Positions 38,060-50,617 of a stretch of 64,000 bases of DNA are shown piece by piece. Location of the stretch: the NCBI GenBank assembly GCA_964016885.1, contig OZ024744.1:98580001-98644000 (forward strand), in the 5' to 3' direction. Below the pieces are notes generated by a model. The model was not told the DNA's origin and did not search any database. It was given only the letters and a program-made list of their open reading frames with translations. Position 1 is the first letter of the stretch. Each line of letters starts with the position of its first letter. A program made the translations under genes and the position numbers. This DNA is from Eledone cirrhosa (taxonomy: Eukaryota).

Positions 38060-38850
38060 GTACAACTATTTAATATATTTTTAGCCCTTCTGTACCGGCA
38101 TTTCTAATAAAATTCACTCTATTTCTGTTGATTAATTAATAAATTTTAAGGGATTTACTAAAATTATTTCATTACTAAGTTAGAAACTTAACAGATTGTG
38201 CTTATGTATAGTTTGTTTGTTTTAACACTCTAATTCAGTTAATTAATGAAGAATTTTGAGAGATTTATTAAAATTAATAATTCGTTACTAAGATAGTAGC
38301 TTAATATATGGTTCTTAAATAAAATTATGTTGAAAGATTTTAGTTAAAAGTAGGAATCAGGAATCAAACGCTCATGCGCATTTGCTGGTGCATGTGCACG
38401 GACGCATGCAGGCACCTGCACAGACGCATGCAGGCACCTGCACACTGCCATATGTTAGTGTATTCGCGCGTAGCTGTATGTGGGCGGAAGTGTTCATGTG
38501 TTGCAGAGGGTGGTATGCATATGGATACACAGGCATTCACATGTATGTGCGCGGATGCACAAGCATGTGGGGTGAGTGTAGTGCCACTTGGTGTTAGTTG
38601 TAGTGGGTGGAAAGGGTGCGAGTAGTTGGGTGGTGAGGGTGGAGGTGGCTAGTAGCCACTAAAATTGCTCGTGTGCAGATACGAAGGTGTGTTATGGTAT
38701 GTGCTGGTGGAAGAGTTTGTGTGTAGTTGGGATGGTTTGTGGGTGCTTGAGTAGAAGGGTGATGGGTCTGGTGAAGGCGTTAGCTAGGGGAAAAGTGGTG
38801 GTGCATTTAGATTACTCTCTATTTACTATTATATTTTTGTGGTAAAGGCT

Positions 38851-39700
38851 TTAAGTCCCCCCAACGCACTTGGGATGCCATCCAGTGCAGCCTGGCCTCA
38901 GACAGGCTCACGCACGAGCTCGAACAGCACCGCCTTGCCTGCTTTCGTGCGACCTCCAAACCCCACAGTGGTGCCTGGCTCCATGCTCTGCCCTCCTTCT
39001 CCACTGACACGCAGCTAGACAACCATAGCCTGTGCATCGGCGTTTCCCTGAGGCTCTACCTCCGGATCTGCCAGCCACACCAATGTCGCTGCGGTTCCAC
39101 CGTCGACTCTTTCGGCCTCCACCCGCTTTCCTGTCGCCACAGTGCCGGCCGCATTCCACGCCATGCTGCCCTCAACGAGGTCATTAAGCGTGGCTTGGAC
39201 GCTGCAGGCTTCCCTTCCCAGCTCGAGCCAGTGGGGCTGGATCGAGGGGACGGCAAAAGGCCAGATGGCATGACCATCTTCCTGTTCCGAGGTGGCAAAG
39301 CCCTCGTCTGGGATGCCACTTGCACCGACACTTTCTGCAGCTGCAACCTGGTGCAGTCTGCAACTGACCCAGGTTCTGCTGCATGTCGGGCTGAGGGGGC
39401 CAAACTCCTCTAATACTGGTCGCTCTCCGACAGGTTTGCGGTCGTACCCCTGGCAGTGGAGACTTCTGGTGTCCTCAGCCCCAGGGCTACCTCCTTACTC
39501 ACCACCATAGGCGCTGAGCTGGCCAGCCGCAGGTGTGAGCCCCGCGAGTTGGAGTGGCTTTTCCAGCGCATCTCCCTTGCCGTCCTCCGGGGAGATGCCT
39601 TCTCCATTCTATCCGCCGGGGCTGTGGGTGGACCCCATCGCGTACCGTTGTAGTTGTTGTATACAGATATTAACTCATTTTAAAGCAATAAAACACGAAA
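38851..39700 (+). mobile_element. CRE-like (R2-group) non-LTR retrotransposon 3' fragment: CCHC knuckle + restriction-like endonuclease
   Basis: Joined frames: SGAWLHALP...CRCG...H.LSC...RHAALNEVI...DGKRPDG...WDATC..AEGAK...PLAVETSG...FQRISLAVLRG; AATAAA at ~39688. GC-rich. Interrupts a TTAA MITE. Confidence 0.8.
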
Positions 39701-40677
39701 TTTAGTTGATATCGAATCTGAGATTTTGATATTATTTATTTTGAGAACAATACCTTAACATCAGTATGAGCAGTCAGTTACGACCATGTGAGAGAATTCT
39801 GGCCGGTTTAAATGCTTATGGGTAAAGGATATATATATATAAATCAGTATATAACTGCTCCAAATTCTCAATTTGTTGAGCTGCTTATACTTTGACAAGT
39901 ACTTCACACCTCTTTATAGAGGATACAACGTCCAGTTCTATCAGTATCTGCCACCACAGTTAAAATGTTCTCGCACCATGCTGTCTATGGTTTGGTCTAA
40001 CTCTCAGATCTTGACATATAAAAATATTTTGTACTCTGTTGGAACTTATCCAAAGATGAATCCTGTGATAATTAGTTTCACGTCTCCTGTAGCTTTATCA
40101 AAATCAATAGTTGGTAATTGATAATCCGTTACTTAGATCGATTTTTGTTACAGTTTACAAACTATCAAATGGTACCATAAGGAAAATAAGAAGTTTTCCA
40201 CCTTAAAGTACGCATTTTTTCCTAAATATTATGTGCTTTATATGTGTACAAAATACTATGTGTTCCTCAAATGCTATATGGCTCTTTCTCTATATATATA
40301 CATATATCTTTTAATTTGTATTGGCAGAGCCGTTAAGATATCAGATAGAATGCTTTACAGTATTTGTTTCACCTCATTACGTGCTCTGAGTTCAAATCTC
40401 GCCATGGTCAACTTTGCCTTTCATCCTTTCAAGGCCAATAAAAAAAGTACCAGTGCAGTACTCGGGGTTGATTCTTCCTCTATAGAAAAAATCAGCTGTG
40501 TTTAGACCTGGAGGGGGTTGGGCTGCGCCAGGTTTAAATGTGCCCTAGACACACCATATGACAGTGCCTCTACAACTCCACAAGGACTTACGGGACCATT
40601 ATTCTTTTTTATATATATTTAGTTAAAAGTTTACAATTGCAAAAGTGATTTTTTTTTTTTTGCTTATTTCCCTCTAG

Positions 40678-40770
40678 ATGATGATAATAATATTGTCTGT
40701 CAGTCTCTGCTGAAAAAGAAACATTTTGGTAGTGGCGAAGAATCAGCAAGTGAAGATGAGAAATCTGATG
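40678..40770 (+). CDS. SETD1: SETD1-like exon 8 (DDDNNIVCQSLLKKKHFGSGEESASEDEKSD)
   Basis: Long pyrimidine tract + ctag|; G|gtaagg donor. 93 nt, phase 1-1, open frame. Confidence 0.78.
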
Positions 40771-40824
40771 GTAAGGACTTCCATTATAATTTACTGAGAT
40801 TTGTTTAAAATAAGAAAGAAGTTT

Positions 40825-41350
40825 ATCATCAGATCAGACCAAAAGAAAGAATGTTTCCTTTGGTCTTTTCATTGCTGATACTATCTGTTTGTCACAACTC
40901 CTGGCAGAAGGTAGGAGCTGATCATCAGATCAGATTAAGGAAACAATGTTTCCTTAGTTTGATTTTGTATTGCTGATACTATTTGCTGATCATAATTCCT
41001 AGCAGAAGAAAGGAGCCGATTGTCAGATCAGATCAAGGAAACAATGTTTCCATTAGTCTTTCCATTGCTGATACAACTCTTGGCATAAGAAGCAATGTGA
41101 AAGTATTTCGCTCCGAAACACAACATGCCATCTGGTCCAGGAATTGAAACCCATCAGCTTATGATCGTATATCCAACACCCCAACCACTAAGCAGTGCAT
41201 TGTGTTCTTGAGTGAAATACTCTTTTTCACATTGCTTCTTCTGCCAGTTGTAACCGACAGATAATATCAGCAATGGAAAGACCAAAGGAAACATTATTTC
41301 CTTGATCTGATCTGATGATGACTCCTTTCTTCTGGATGTTAGAGTTAGTT
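40825..41350. repeat. SINE-like element with three ~95-bp direct subrepeats and an inverted copy
   Basis: catcagatcaga..aaggaaacaatgtttcc...cattgctgata occurs three times and is reversed at ~41265-41320; tRNA-like head on the minus strand at ~41130-41195. Confidence 0.55.
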
Positions 41351-41729
41351 GATTCAGGATCAAAACTCTATGTACAGTGTGTAATATAAAAATGATTTAA
41401 GTGTTTATTAAAGGTTTTTGTTCTGAAGTGTTTCTTCTGTAGTTTTGGACAGATGAAGTGAATACAGGTTATGCACAACTTGTAGTAACAGGGTTGCATA
41501 AGGAGACAGTTCTAGGGGTCTGCAGTTAATGAGAAGAATGACTGTGTATGGCTTTATTGCTAGATTTGTGTGGTAGGACATAGAGGGATGATGAGAGGTG
41601 GGTGTCTTAGATGAGCCAGGACACAGGTAGTTAGTTCACAGCTAGCTAGATCAGTGGAGTTACTATACTTGTGGTAGAGAGGCAGAGGAAAGAAACGGAT
41701 ATCTATAAGCTAGTGGTTTTTATGAGGTG

Positions 41730-42000
41730 TCATGACAAAAATCGCCCAATTCACATTGTAAAGTGGTTGTTTTGATGCCACAACAAAAAGTACCCAGTCC
41801 ACACTGTAAAGTAGTCATTTTGGTGCCACAGCAAAAAGCACCCAGTACTCACTGTAAATGTGGTTGGTGTTAGGAAGGGCATCCAGCCATAGAAACCAAG
41901 CCAGAAATAGTTCTGTATGAGCAAGACATGGCCATCTGATTTGGTTTGGCTCACATCTGTACAACTCGTCTAACCCATCCTAGCATGGAAAAATGGACGA
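41730..42000 (+). mobile_element. RTE/SINE shared 3' tail (other copies ~43085-43315, 47815-47960(-), 58615-58735)
   Basis: aaaaagcacccagt..cactgtaaa units, then ggtgttaggaagggcatccagc and ctaacccat..tagcatggaa. Confidence 0.75.
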
Positions 42001-42398
42001 TTATCTAAATGAGCCTTTACTAATCACCTAAATGACTTTATTTTTTTAATGTCCCAAAACACTCCTTCCAGCAGGTCCTGTCAGAAGCAACTGTCTTCAA
42101 CTGATCTGGCTGGATCTCCGTGTGAGACCAGCCTGAGCTCATGGATGTTATCCAACCATCTTGCTCAGGGTCTACCATAGGTATGTTTAAAGTTATATCA
42201 CAGGACTGGTGCTGGGTCTCTTAGATAAGCTAATTGAACCAAAATGAATGAGGATTTGTCAATTACAGACCTTTCCAATGATTGCTAGTTTACAAAATAG
42301 ATAATAAAGCAATGATGGGGAAAATGGATAGAAAATCAGTATATATATTCTTATGTGTTGTAAATCCTTTTACTGATAATTTTCTATAACGTTTTTAG

Positions 42399-42594
42399 CT
42401 TCAGATGATGATGACGACGACGATGACGATGACGACGATGATGATGATGATGATGATGGAAGTGATGACAGCTCTGAAGAAGACACTGATGATGTATCAG
42501 AAGAGTCCTCTGAATCATCTGAAGAAGGAAGTGAAGAAGAGGATGAAGAAGATGAAGATGAAGAGGAGGAAAAGATCAGTTATAAGGCAGAAAG
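42399..42594 (+). CDS. SETD1: SETD1-like exon 9, Asp/Glu/Ser-rich acidic tract
   Basis: ttttag| acceptor, AG|gtattt donor, phase 1-2. Poly-D/E/S tract typical of the SETD1 acidic region. Confidence 0.85.
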
Positions 42595-43849
42595 GTATTT
42601 TTTTTTTTTTTCTCCTTTCTTTCAAACTTAAAAGCTTTAACGCTTAAAAATTAACTGAATTCAAAAATATATTGTTACATGATCACCAAAATTTCCATGG
42701 TTTCGATATAATAAAATATCAGTAGACACTGATATTTACATTGATGTGACTGCAGCTATGTTGAATGACCAATATATTGAATTCCACCTAATTAGACAAT
42801 GGTACGCATGAGCTGATAGAAAAACTGGGTATAAGACGTATGGGATATAGTATGTGAGAAAGCTGATGCACTGGCATATAGACATGTAATGCGTATACAG
42901 AGGATGGCGGTTGGATAAAGATGTGAAAGTGCAATCGCACAATCTAAGCCAGATTATATACTCTAATATATATATATATATACACTATACATAATATACT
43001 ATATATAATGGTATCTAGGGGAAAGACAAAAGCTAATATAACTTGGCATCAGTGTCATCACAACTGTTATATACTATATATACACGACAAAAAACACACA
43101 GTCCACGCTGTAATGTGGCCGTGTAGGCAACACGGTAAAAACCTGCCAGCCCCACACTGTAAATGTGGTTGGTGTTAGGAAGGGCATCCAGCTGTAGAAA
43201 ACCCGCCAGACAGTCCTATGCGAGCAAGACAATCACTCTTGCCTCAAGTGGGAAAACCCCCGTCCAAACCCATGCAAGCGTGGAACACGGACGTTAAACG
43301 TTGATGATGATGATGACACTGTATATAATGTTGTCCAAGGGAATGGCAAGGGCCAATGCAGCTTGACACTAGTGTTGTTACAGGCAAATTCAGAACATAA
43401 TGGGCTGAAAGAGATACCACAAGGTATCATGTCCAATACTCTAACAATCCACCACTATGGACTGGTACTTTATTTATCAACCCTGACAGGATTCCAAGCA
43501 GAGTTGACTTCAGCAAGATTTTAACTCAAAACACATAGAAATGGAACGAATACTATGAGGTATTTAATCTGATGCACTAACAACTTTGCCAATTCCACTG
43601 CCTTAAGTTCTGTAAGTAATATGGGGAAGATTTCACAATGTTAACCAATCTCATCTTTTATTTATAAGTTTCCATGAGCACATTTTTTTCAAGTTAGAGT
43701 ATTGTAAAGTAAGTGTTTTTTTTAAATGCACATCACCAACAAATTTCAGTTGGATTATGTAATAAAAAAAAAATTAAGTGGCAAAAGGTGGAGAGGGAGC
43801 AGCAGACTCTCCACTTCGGTTTAAAAGGTATATCTCAGCTGCACCTCTT

Positions 43850-44640
43850 GTAAACAACACAGACAAAATGATGAAGACCTTGCCATGAAACAGCCAGCGA
43901 ACACCCACTACTGCATCAAATTCCCACTATGCAACCAATACTACATAGGTAACACAATTCGACCTTTGCACATCCGGATCAAGGAACACACTAAAACCAG
44001 GGCCTTGTCTTTCCGGAAACACATAGACAAATGCGGAAACAAAGACGGAAGGCCCATTGTCACAATTCTAGCGACTGAAAGAAACGTCGGCACGTTACGT
44101 ATCAAGGAAGCGCTTTTTATCAAACGACTGCAACCGCAAATAAACAACCAATCAGAGAGAAGCGAAATGAAATGGCTGGTTTAAGTTAACAAGCGATGCA
44201 ACAACACACAACACACGCACACACACGCAAACGAGACAACTACACACACGCACACACACACAGTAGCATTCCACCATACGAACATACTACACTGCCAATA
44301 CAGATGAACAAGGCAACAACACACACACACACACTCAAGCGAGACAACAACACACGCGCACACACACACAGTAACATTTAACAAACAGGCAGAGAATGGA
44401 CTGACAGCTAGCGCCATCCCACTCCCTCATTCGGCCGCTGACCTCTGTACGACCGACCCCATTTCACGCGCACGTGCGCTCTGCCGAATACCTCAGATAT
44501 TCAAAACAACAAACAGCGAAAGACACATTCCGGACTTGTCCGACAGACAACCTTTTCCCCTACCCCGGAAAAAAACCCCAGTTGATGGATGTGAATCCGA
44601 AATATATAGGGACTATTAAATCTCTCCCAAGGTAACTCTC
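43850..44640 (+). mobile_element. Penelope-like element 3' part: GIY-YIG endonuclease, CA-rich UTR, pLTR end
   Basis: CNQYYIGNTIRPLHIRIKEH...H...ILATE..LRIKEALFIKRLQPQINNQSE* is a PLE GIY-YIG C-terminus; hammerhead-like motif at ~44576-44611. Confidence 0.8.
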
Positions 44641-44999
44641 TCTTGTGTTGTTATTTTTATTTTTATCCTTTATACTCTTCCCTTCATTCTACACATCTCA
44701 CACATCTTATACACACCACGCATCTCAACGTACACCCACTTACATCTCTCTCTCCACCACCGGACCTTGTTACCCGGAGATTTACCCATTTGCATTGTCG
44801 AGGCTTCCAAACGACTTAAAGATATTTACTTATTGTTCCACAATGCTTCAAGCAAACTTCAATACTCTCAAATTCTTAAATGTTTCTCACATTTCAACAA
44901 AACTAAATAAATAATAATAAAATGTAGTTTGCTTGAAGCATTGTATATGTTATATAATGGGGAAAGAGATATCAGGCTAAACAATGCAAACTGGACGAT

Positions 45000-45440
45000 A
45001 AGATGAGGGTAACAAAAAAGTAAGTTACCTGGTAAACTTCTTGTTTTTTTGTTGTTGCTGTTGTTTCTTCTATCCTAATATTTCGGGACTTAAAATTCCC
45101 TTTAATACAGTGTAAGGATCTTTCAGAGAAAAATCTTCCGGTTTCTTCTCTTTGGGATTAAATTTTTATTTAAATTTCTTAAATCATTTTCAAGCGTTTT
45201 TTAATGGTTATTTCACTATTCATGAGAATGACATCAATTGCCGATGTAGTATTTCATGGAACCAATTTTCTTTTCTTGTATGATATGCTATTTAGGTTGC
45301 GTGTGTGTGTGTCATTTTATGTCAAGTATTGAGTGTTGAGTTCTAATCTATTATTTATTTGTGGGTTGAGTCTACGTATGAGCAAGGCTTCCTTAATTCT
45401 TAAATTGCCCATAATTCTCTCTCTGGCTTCAATATTGACA
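45000..45440 (-). mobile_element. Second Penelope-like 3' fragment, opposite orientation
   Basis: Minus strand NIEARERIMGNLRIKEALLIRRLNPQINNRLELNTQYLT* is homologous to the end of the 43885 ORF. Confidence 0.7.
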
Positions 45441-45481
45441 GGACATCATGTTTATTCAATTTTTTGTTTTTTTGTTTTTAG

Positions 45482-45619
45482 TCAACATATATACAGAGAT
45501 GGAACTGGGTTCCCTCTGTTGCCTTCTACTGAACAAGATGATGTGCTTAGAAGCACAGCTGTTGTGGAACAATATTCAGATGCAAATGCCTCAAAAGAAA
45601 CTTTAAAAGAAGGATTCTG
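45482..45619 (+). CDS. SETD1: SETD1-like exon 10 (SQHIYRDGTGFPLLPSTEQDDVLRSTAVVEQYSDANASKETLKEGFW)
   Basis: T-rich tract + ttttag|; TG|gtgagt donor. 138 nt, phase 2-2, compatible with both neighbours. Confidence 0.8.
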
Positions 45620-45694
45620 GTGAGTTAATAATTCATTTCACCCACATTGATTGAACTACAAATTGATTTAATATAGCAAATGTTAATTAAGTAT

Positions 45695-46236
45695 TTTAAC
45701 ATTCTGTACCACATGAAACCACATTAACAAGACATTGTTGAAAAGTACAAAACAGTATTATGACTGTATCACATTGACTGTTAACATCCTGTACCACATG
45801 AAACCACATTAACAAGACATTCTTGAAAAGTACAAAACTGTACTATGTCTGTGTCACATTAACTCTTAACATCCTGTACCACATGAAACCACATTAACAA
45901 GACATTCTTGAAAAGTACAAAACTGTACTATGACTGCATCACATTAAAATTAAAGTCTTTACTTGAGTTTATTGGTAATTTTCACAGCAATCAGTCTAAT
46001 AGTAAAGATACTATAAACATTTGAATTAAAGGATGTTAGTATTCTATACCACATGAAACTGCATCAGTAAGACATTCTTGAAAAGTATAAAACAGCACTA
46101 AGACAAAAAGTAAAAGCCTTTCTTTGAATATTACAAATTTTCACAATAATATGTCCACTAGTAAAGATGCTATAAACATTTGAGTTAACAAACTTGTTTT
46201 TATATATTTTCTGCTAAATTATTACAGGATGTTAAG
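45695..46236. mobile_element. MITE-like family with TAACATCCTGTA / TACAGGATGTTAA ends, 5' part tandemly triplicated (~85 bp); related pieces at ~10990-11100, 14115-14260, 28000-28360, 49165-49325, 56660-56835, 61880-62880
   Basis: Repeated aacatcctgtaccacatgaaaccacattaacaagacattcttgaaaagtacaaaac and agatactataaacatttgaattaac...ttacaggatgttaa. Confidence 0.65.
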
Positions 46237-46541
46237 AATTAATTATTCAATTATCTAAATTACTGATCCTACATGTTATCAACAGGGACTTAAAAAATGT
46301 TTAAACATTAAAGCATCGAACAAAATGCTTTGCAGCATTTAGTTATAACCCTTTATGTCCTCAGTTCAAATCCTACCAAGATCAGCATTGTCTTTCATTC
46401 TTCAAAATAAAGTACAGTAAAATACTAGGATCAATATAAATGACTTTCCTCTCACCACAAATTGTTTGCCTTGTGCCTAAATTTGAAATCAGTGTTTTGG
46501 TTTACATTTTAAAATACATGTTTTATTTTATATTATTGCAG

Positions 46542-47788
46542 GGAAACTGAAATGAAGGTGCCAGATAATTCAACAGCTGAATCATCTTTGTGTCATAAAC
46601 TTCCATCATCTCCAGTCAGTGAAGAGACACAACAAAATAAACTTGTTAGTGAATTAGAAACGAATGAATGCCAAAATCTTATTACAAATGACTTGGTAAA
46701 GGACCTGATAGAAACAAAAAATAGTGAAAAATCCGAAGTTTGTATTGATAATGAAAAGAAGGTGGATGAACAAATTTCATTATTAGATTCAGAACAATGT
46801 GTGATAACACCAAATGTATCCACTAGTGGTGCAGAACCAGTTGATGTTACCTCAGAGAAACTAGAGAGTGCGAATTTGAATGCTTTTTCAAAGAAACCAT
46901 GTCCTAAAGTTTGGGATGAAACAGATGAAGAAAGAAGTTTGTCTGTAGCAAACGAACAAGATGTACCAGTGGCTGATATTTCATCAGAAATGATTACTGC
47001 ATTCGATGAAGATGCGTGTAAAGCAGATCGGTCAAAAGCATATGTTGTTCCTGCAATTGCTGAACATGATTACGTTGCCGCTGGACAACAAGAAGTTGTA
47101 CCAGCGGTGTGTATGAGACTAGATGAAGTTACTAGTTACAGTATTGATGATGAAGATGATTCAGACCGTACCGAATCATGTGATGAGGATAATCCACCTG
47201 TGGAGATATTTATGGACCACAATTACTGCTTACCTCTTGCAATTGGAAGTATTCAGGATGAGTGTAGCGAATTGTTGGATACAACAGACAGGTCAGCAGC
47301 TTTCAAAGGCTATACATTAAGAGATGAGTCTGCATCAGTTGCTGCTCAAAATGAAGCACAGATGCGGCCATCTTGGGCAGTTGGTGACCATGTTGCTGCC
47401 GCAACACTGGATGATGAGAGATCAAAACCAAAAAAGAAAAAGAAACGTACCAAGGATTCCATGTTGAGCGATATCACAAATAAATCAGGACGTGAAAGAG
47501 AGGGTGATATTATGGACTCAATACTTAAACCCAAGGTTCAATTCCAACCTAGGACCTATCAAGAAGATAAACAAATTTTCTTTGACATATATAATAAAGG
47601 AATTGATTTAGAAGACATAAGCTTTCTCCAGCGAACATATAACACATTGTTGCGGTCTGAAGATCCAATGTATGATTGGTTGAATGATATATTTTGGGTG
47701 GATCACACACATACAGACATCCCCGACCCACTGCCACCAAAAAAGAAACGGAAAACTGATGAACAGATGAGACCGGTGCATAAGTCTG
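46542..47788 (+). CDS. SETD1: SETD1-like exon 11 (HCF-1-binding motifs EHDY/DHNY, NLS-like KPKKKKKR, start of N-SET FQPRTYQEDKQIFFDIYNKGIDLEDISFL...WLNDIFWVDH)
   Basis: ttgcag| acceptor, G|gtaagt donor; in frame with ORF 46552..47796. N-SET signature F.PR...E....DI...G.D.ED..L...WLND..WV.H. Confidence 0.93.
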
Positions 47789-48183
47789 GTAAGTAACAAA
47801 ATATCATCATCATTATCATTGTCATCACTGTTTAACAGCTATTTTTCCACGCTAGCATGGGTTTGACATGTTGTCCTGTTCATTGTAGACAAGCCAGATC
47901 AGATGACCATGTCTTGCTCATGCAGAACTGTTTCTAGCTTGGTTTCTACACCTGGATGCCTTTTAGTCATTCACCTTGCACCTTGCTAACCTAGTTTTAA
48001 AATTATTTTTTAAATAATCAAAAATTTGCAAAGATTTTGTAGTACAATTAACTTTCTTGTTATTAAGCTGGTGTTTGAAACATAACTAAAAAAGGGTTTA
48101 ACATAAAATTATGATTACAAATATAAATACTTTGAAATAAACATTTTAGTATCATAAAAGCAAGAGGAGTTTGGTATAAAAAG

Positions 48184-48509
48184 ATAACACACACACACGA
48201 CAGCGCCGGTTGAAGCAAGCAGAATTTTGGCTGCTTGCTAAATCGTAGACACATAAAAAAATAACACACACACACACGACAGCGCCAGTTGAAGCAAGCA
48301 GAATTTTGGCTGCTTGCTAAATCGTAGACACATAAAAAAATAACACACACACACACGACAGCGCCAGTTGAAGCAAGCAGAATTTTGGCTGCTTGCTAAA
48401 TCGTAGACACATAAAAAAATAACACACACACACACGACAGCGCCAGTTGAAGCAAGCAGAATTTTGGCTGCTTACTAAATCGTTGACACATAAAGATAAC
48501 ACACACACA
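48184..48509. repeat. Four tandem ~79-bp units each containing a 9-bp hairpin
   Basis: ataacacacacacacacgacagcgccagttgaAGCAAGCAGaattttggCTGCTTGCTaaatcgtagacacataaaa x4. Confidence 0.95.
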
Positions 48510-48794
48510 TACTTGATAACACTACATGGGTTTTTTTAGAGAGGATTGGGGGGGGGGCTGCACAGCCCCACTTACCTCCATGGCGATTAGACAGCATGCC
48601 CTGCTTTCCAGGTTACCCTTTGCCACTGATCACCATCATTATCATCATGTTTACATCCTCTTTTCCATGTTAGCATGGGTTGCAAATATATTTTGAAAAA
48701 GCTTGAAATTAAGCAAGCATAGTGAAGAGATCAGTAACATCAAGGAAATTCTCTCTCTCTCTCCCTCCCTCTCTCTCAAATCACATTCCTCCTC

Positions 48795-48797
<3 letters not shown>

Positions 48798-48839
<42 letters not shown>

Positions 48840-49157
48840 TTTACGTCCGCTTTTCCCTGCTTGCAAGGGTGGGACAGGAACTGATTCTGGCTTGATTTCT
48901 ACAGCTGGATGCCCTTCCTAACACCAACCTCATTTACAGTGAGTGCTGGGTGCTTTTTTGCCGTGGCACCTACACGTCCACTTTGCAGTGGAATGATAGG
49001 GACCCCAGTCCCTATCATCTCATTTCTACAGCTGAGTAAACTGGAGCAATGTGAAGTGTCTTGCTCAAGGAAACAACACATCACCCGGTCTGAGAATTGA
49101 ACTCACAACCTTCCGATTGCAAGGCCAATGTTCTAACCACTAAGCCATGTGGCTCCA
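48798..49157 (-). mobile_element. tRNA-derived SINE family A copy with long (ATG)n tail
   Basis: Reverse complement of 19101-19495. Confidence 0.88.
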
Positions 49158-50617
49158 TCTTAACCTTTAACATCCTGCACATGAAATCACACTAAATATC
49201 AACAGCTTTACACTAATACTGCATATTTCCACAACAATCTATTCACCAGTAAAGATACTATAAACATATGAATTAACAGATCCCATTTTATCATATTTTC
49301 TGCTAAATTGTTACAGGATGTTAAGAGTTAAACAAAGGAAGGAGGATGCACTGGATAATGTAGAATGTGATGATCGAGGGTGGAGTATCTTTCAAAAGTC
49401 TGCTCAATCAAAGCTGACGTGAAATTAACTCTTTCATTACCACATTTCTAATGAAACTCACTCTTTTAATTAATTAATCCTTTAGCATTTAAACCGACCA
49501 TATCCGGCCAGAATTCTCTCACCTCTTTCTTTCCATAACGGTCATAACCAGCGGCTCATACCAACATTAAGGTATTATTTTCAAAATAAATATCAAAATT
49601 TCATAGATTCGATATTTTGTGAGATAATTGTGTGAGGTAAAGCCTTTATTGTGAAAATACAATAGTATATATAGAGTAATGGAAATGCTAAAGGGTTAAT
49701 GAAGAATTTTGAGGGGTTTTACTTAGATTATTTATTATTTCATTACTAAGATAGTAACTTAATGTAAGGTTCTTTTATAAAATTATTGAAGATTTTAATT
49801 TAAATTGGAACCCTTTAAAATAGGTGACTTTATTTCATAGAACCAGAGTTGGTTTTGACTGAGTTAATAACTAAAGTTTTAAACAGCAACTAGTTTGTAT
49901 GACATTCCAATACTGCAATGTGTTGTTTAGGTTATGACTTCTAACAACATTTTGATATCCACAATGAAGTTTACTGACTATCAAAATCTGTGGCTTGATA
50001 TTTTAATTTAACCCTTTCGTTATAATATTTCTAATGAAAAATACAGCCTATGATTTTCAAATAATTTTGAAAATAATCAAGATTTTGGAAGGATTTAGTA
50101 AAAATAACTTTCTCTTTAAGTTGATGTTTCAAACATAACTTAACAAAGGTTCTTAAATAAAATTATAATGGAAGCTTTTTAGATAAATATAAACACTAGC
50201 CCTCTCGTTAACAATATTTCTAATTAAAGACACTGCCTGTGTGACAAACATACAGGGGTAGCTGGAATAAGAGCACCAGCGAAATAAACTGTTTCCAATT
50301 CAAAATATAATCAAGAATTTGAGGGGTTTGGTATTATAATTAACTTTCTCATTATTAAGTTGATGATTATCAATTGCATTTGTTTTATCATCCTCCTCCC
50401 CCTTTCCAGATCCCTGATACACCTTTCCTGTCATACATGGAAAGTTGGACATACTCCACACCTGCTATTCCGCAGAGCTAGTCCACCCTGTAAAATGGTA
50501 GTAACAGTGCCACAACAAAATGCCTCCAATCCACTTTGTAAGTGGTCATGCTGTTGTTACAACAAAAGGCACTCAGTCCATCCTGTGAAGTAGTTGTGCT
50601 GTTACTACGATAAAGAG

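Noticed and set aside
42405-42647. Poly-Met ORF (MMMTTTMTM...)
   Set aside because: Wrong frame of the poly-Asp exon 9.
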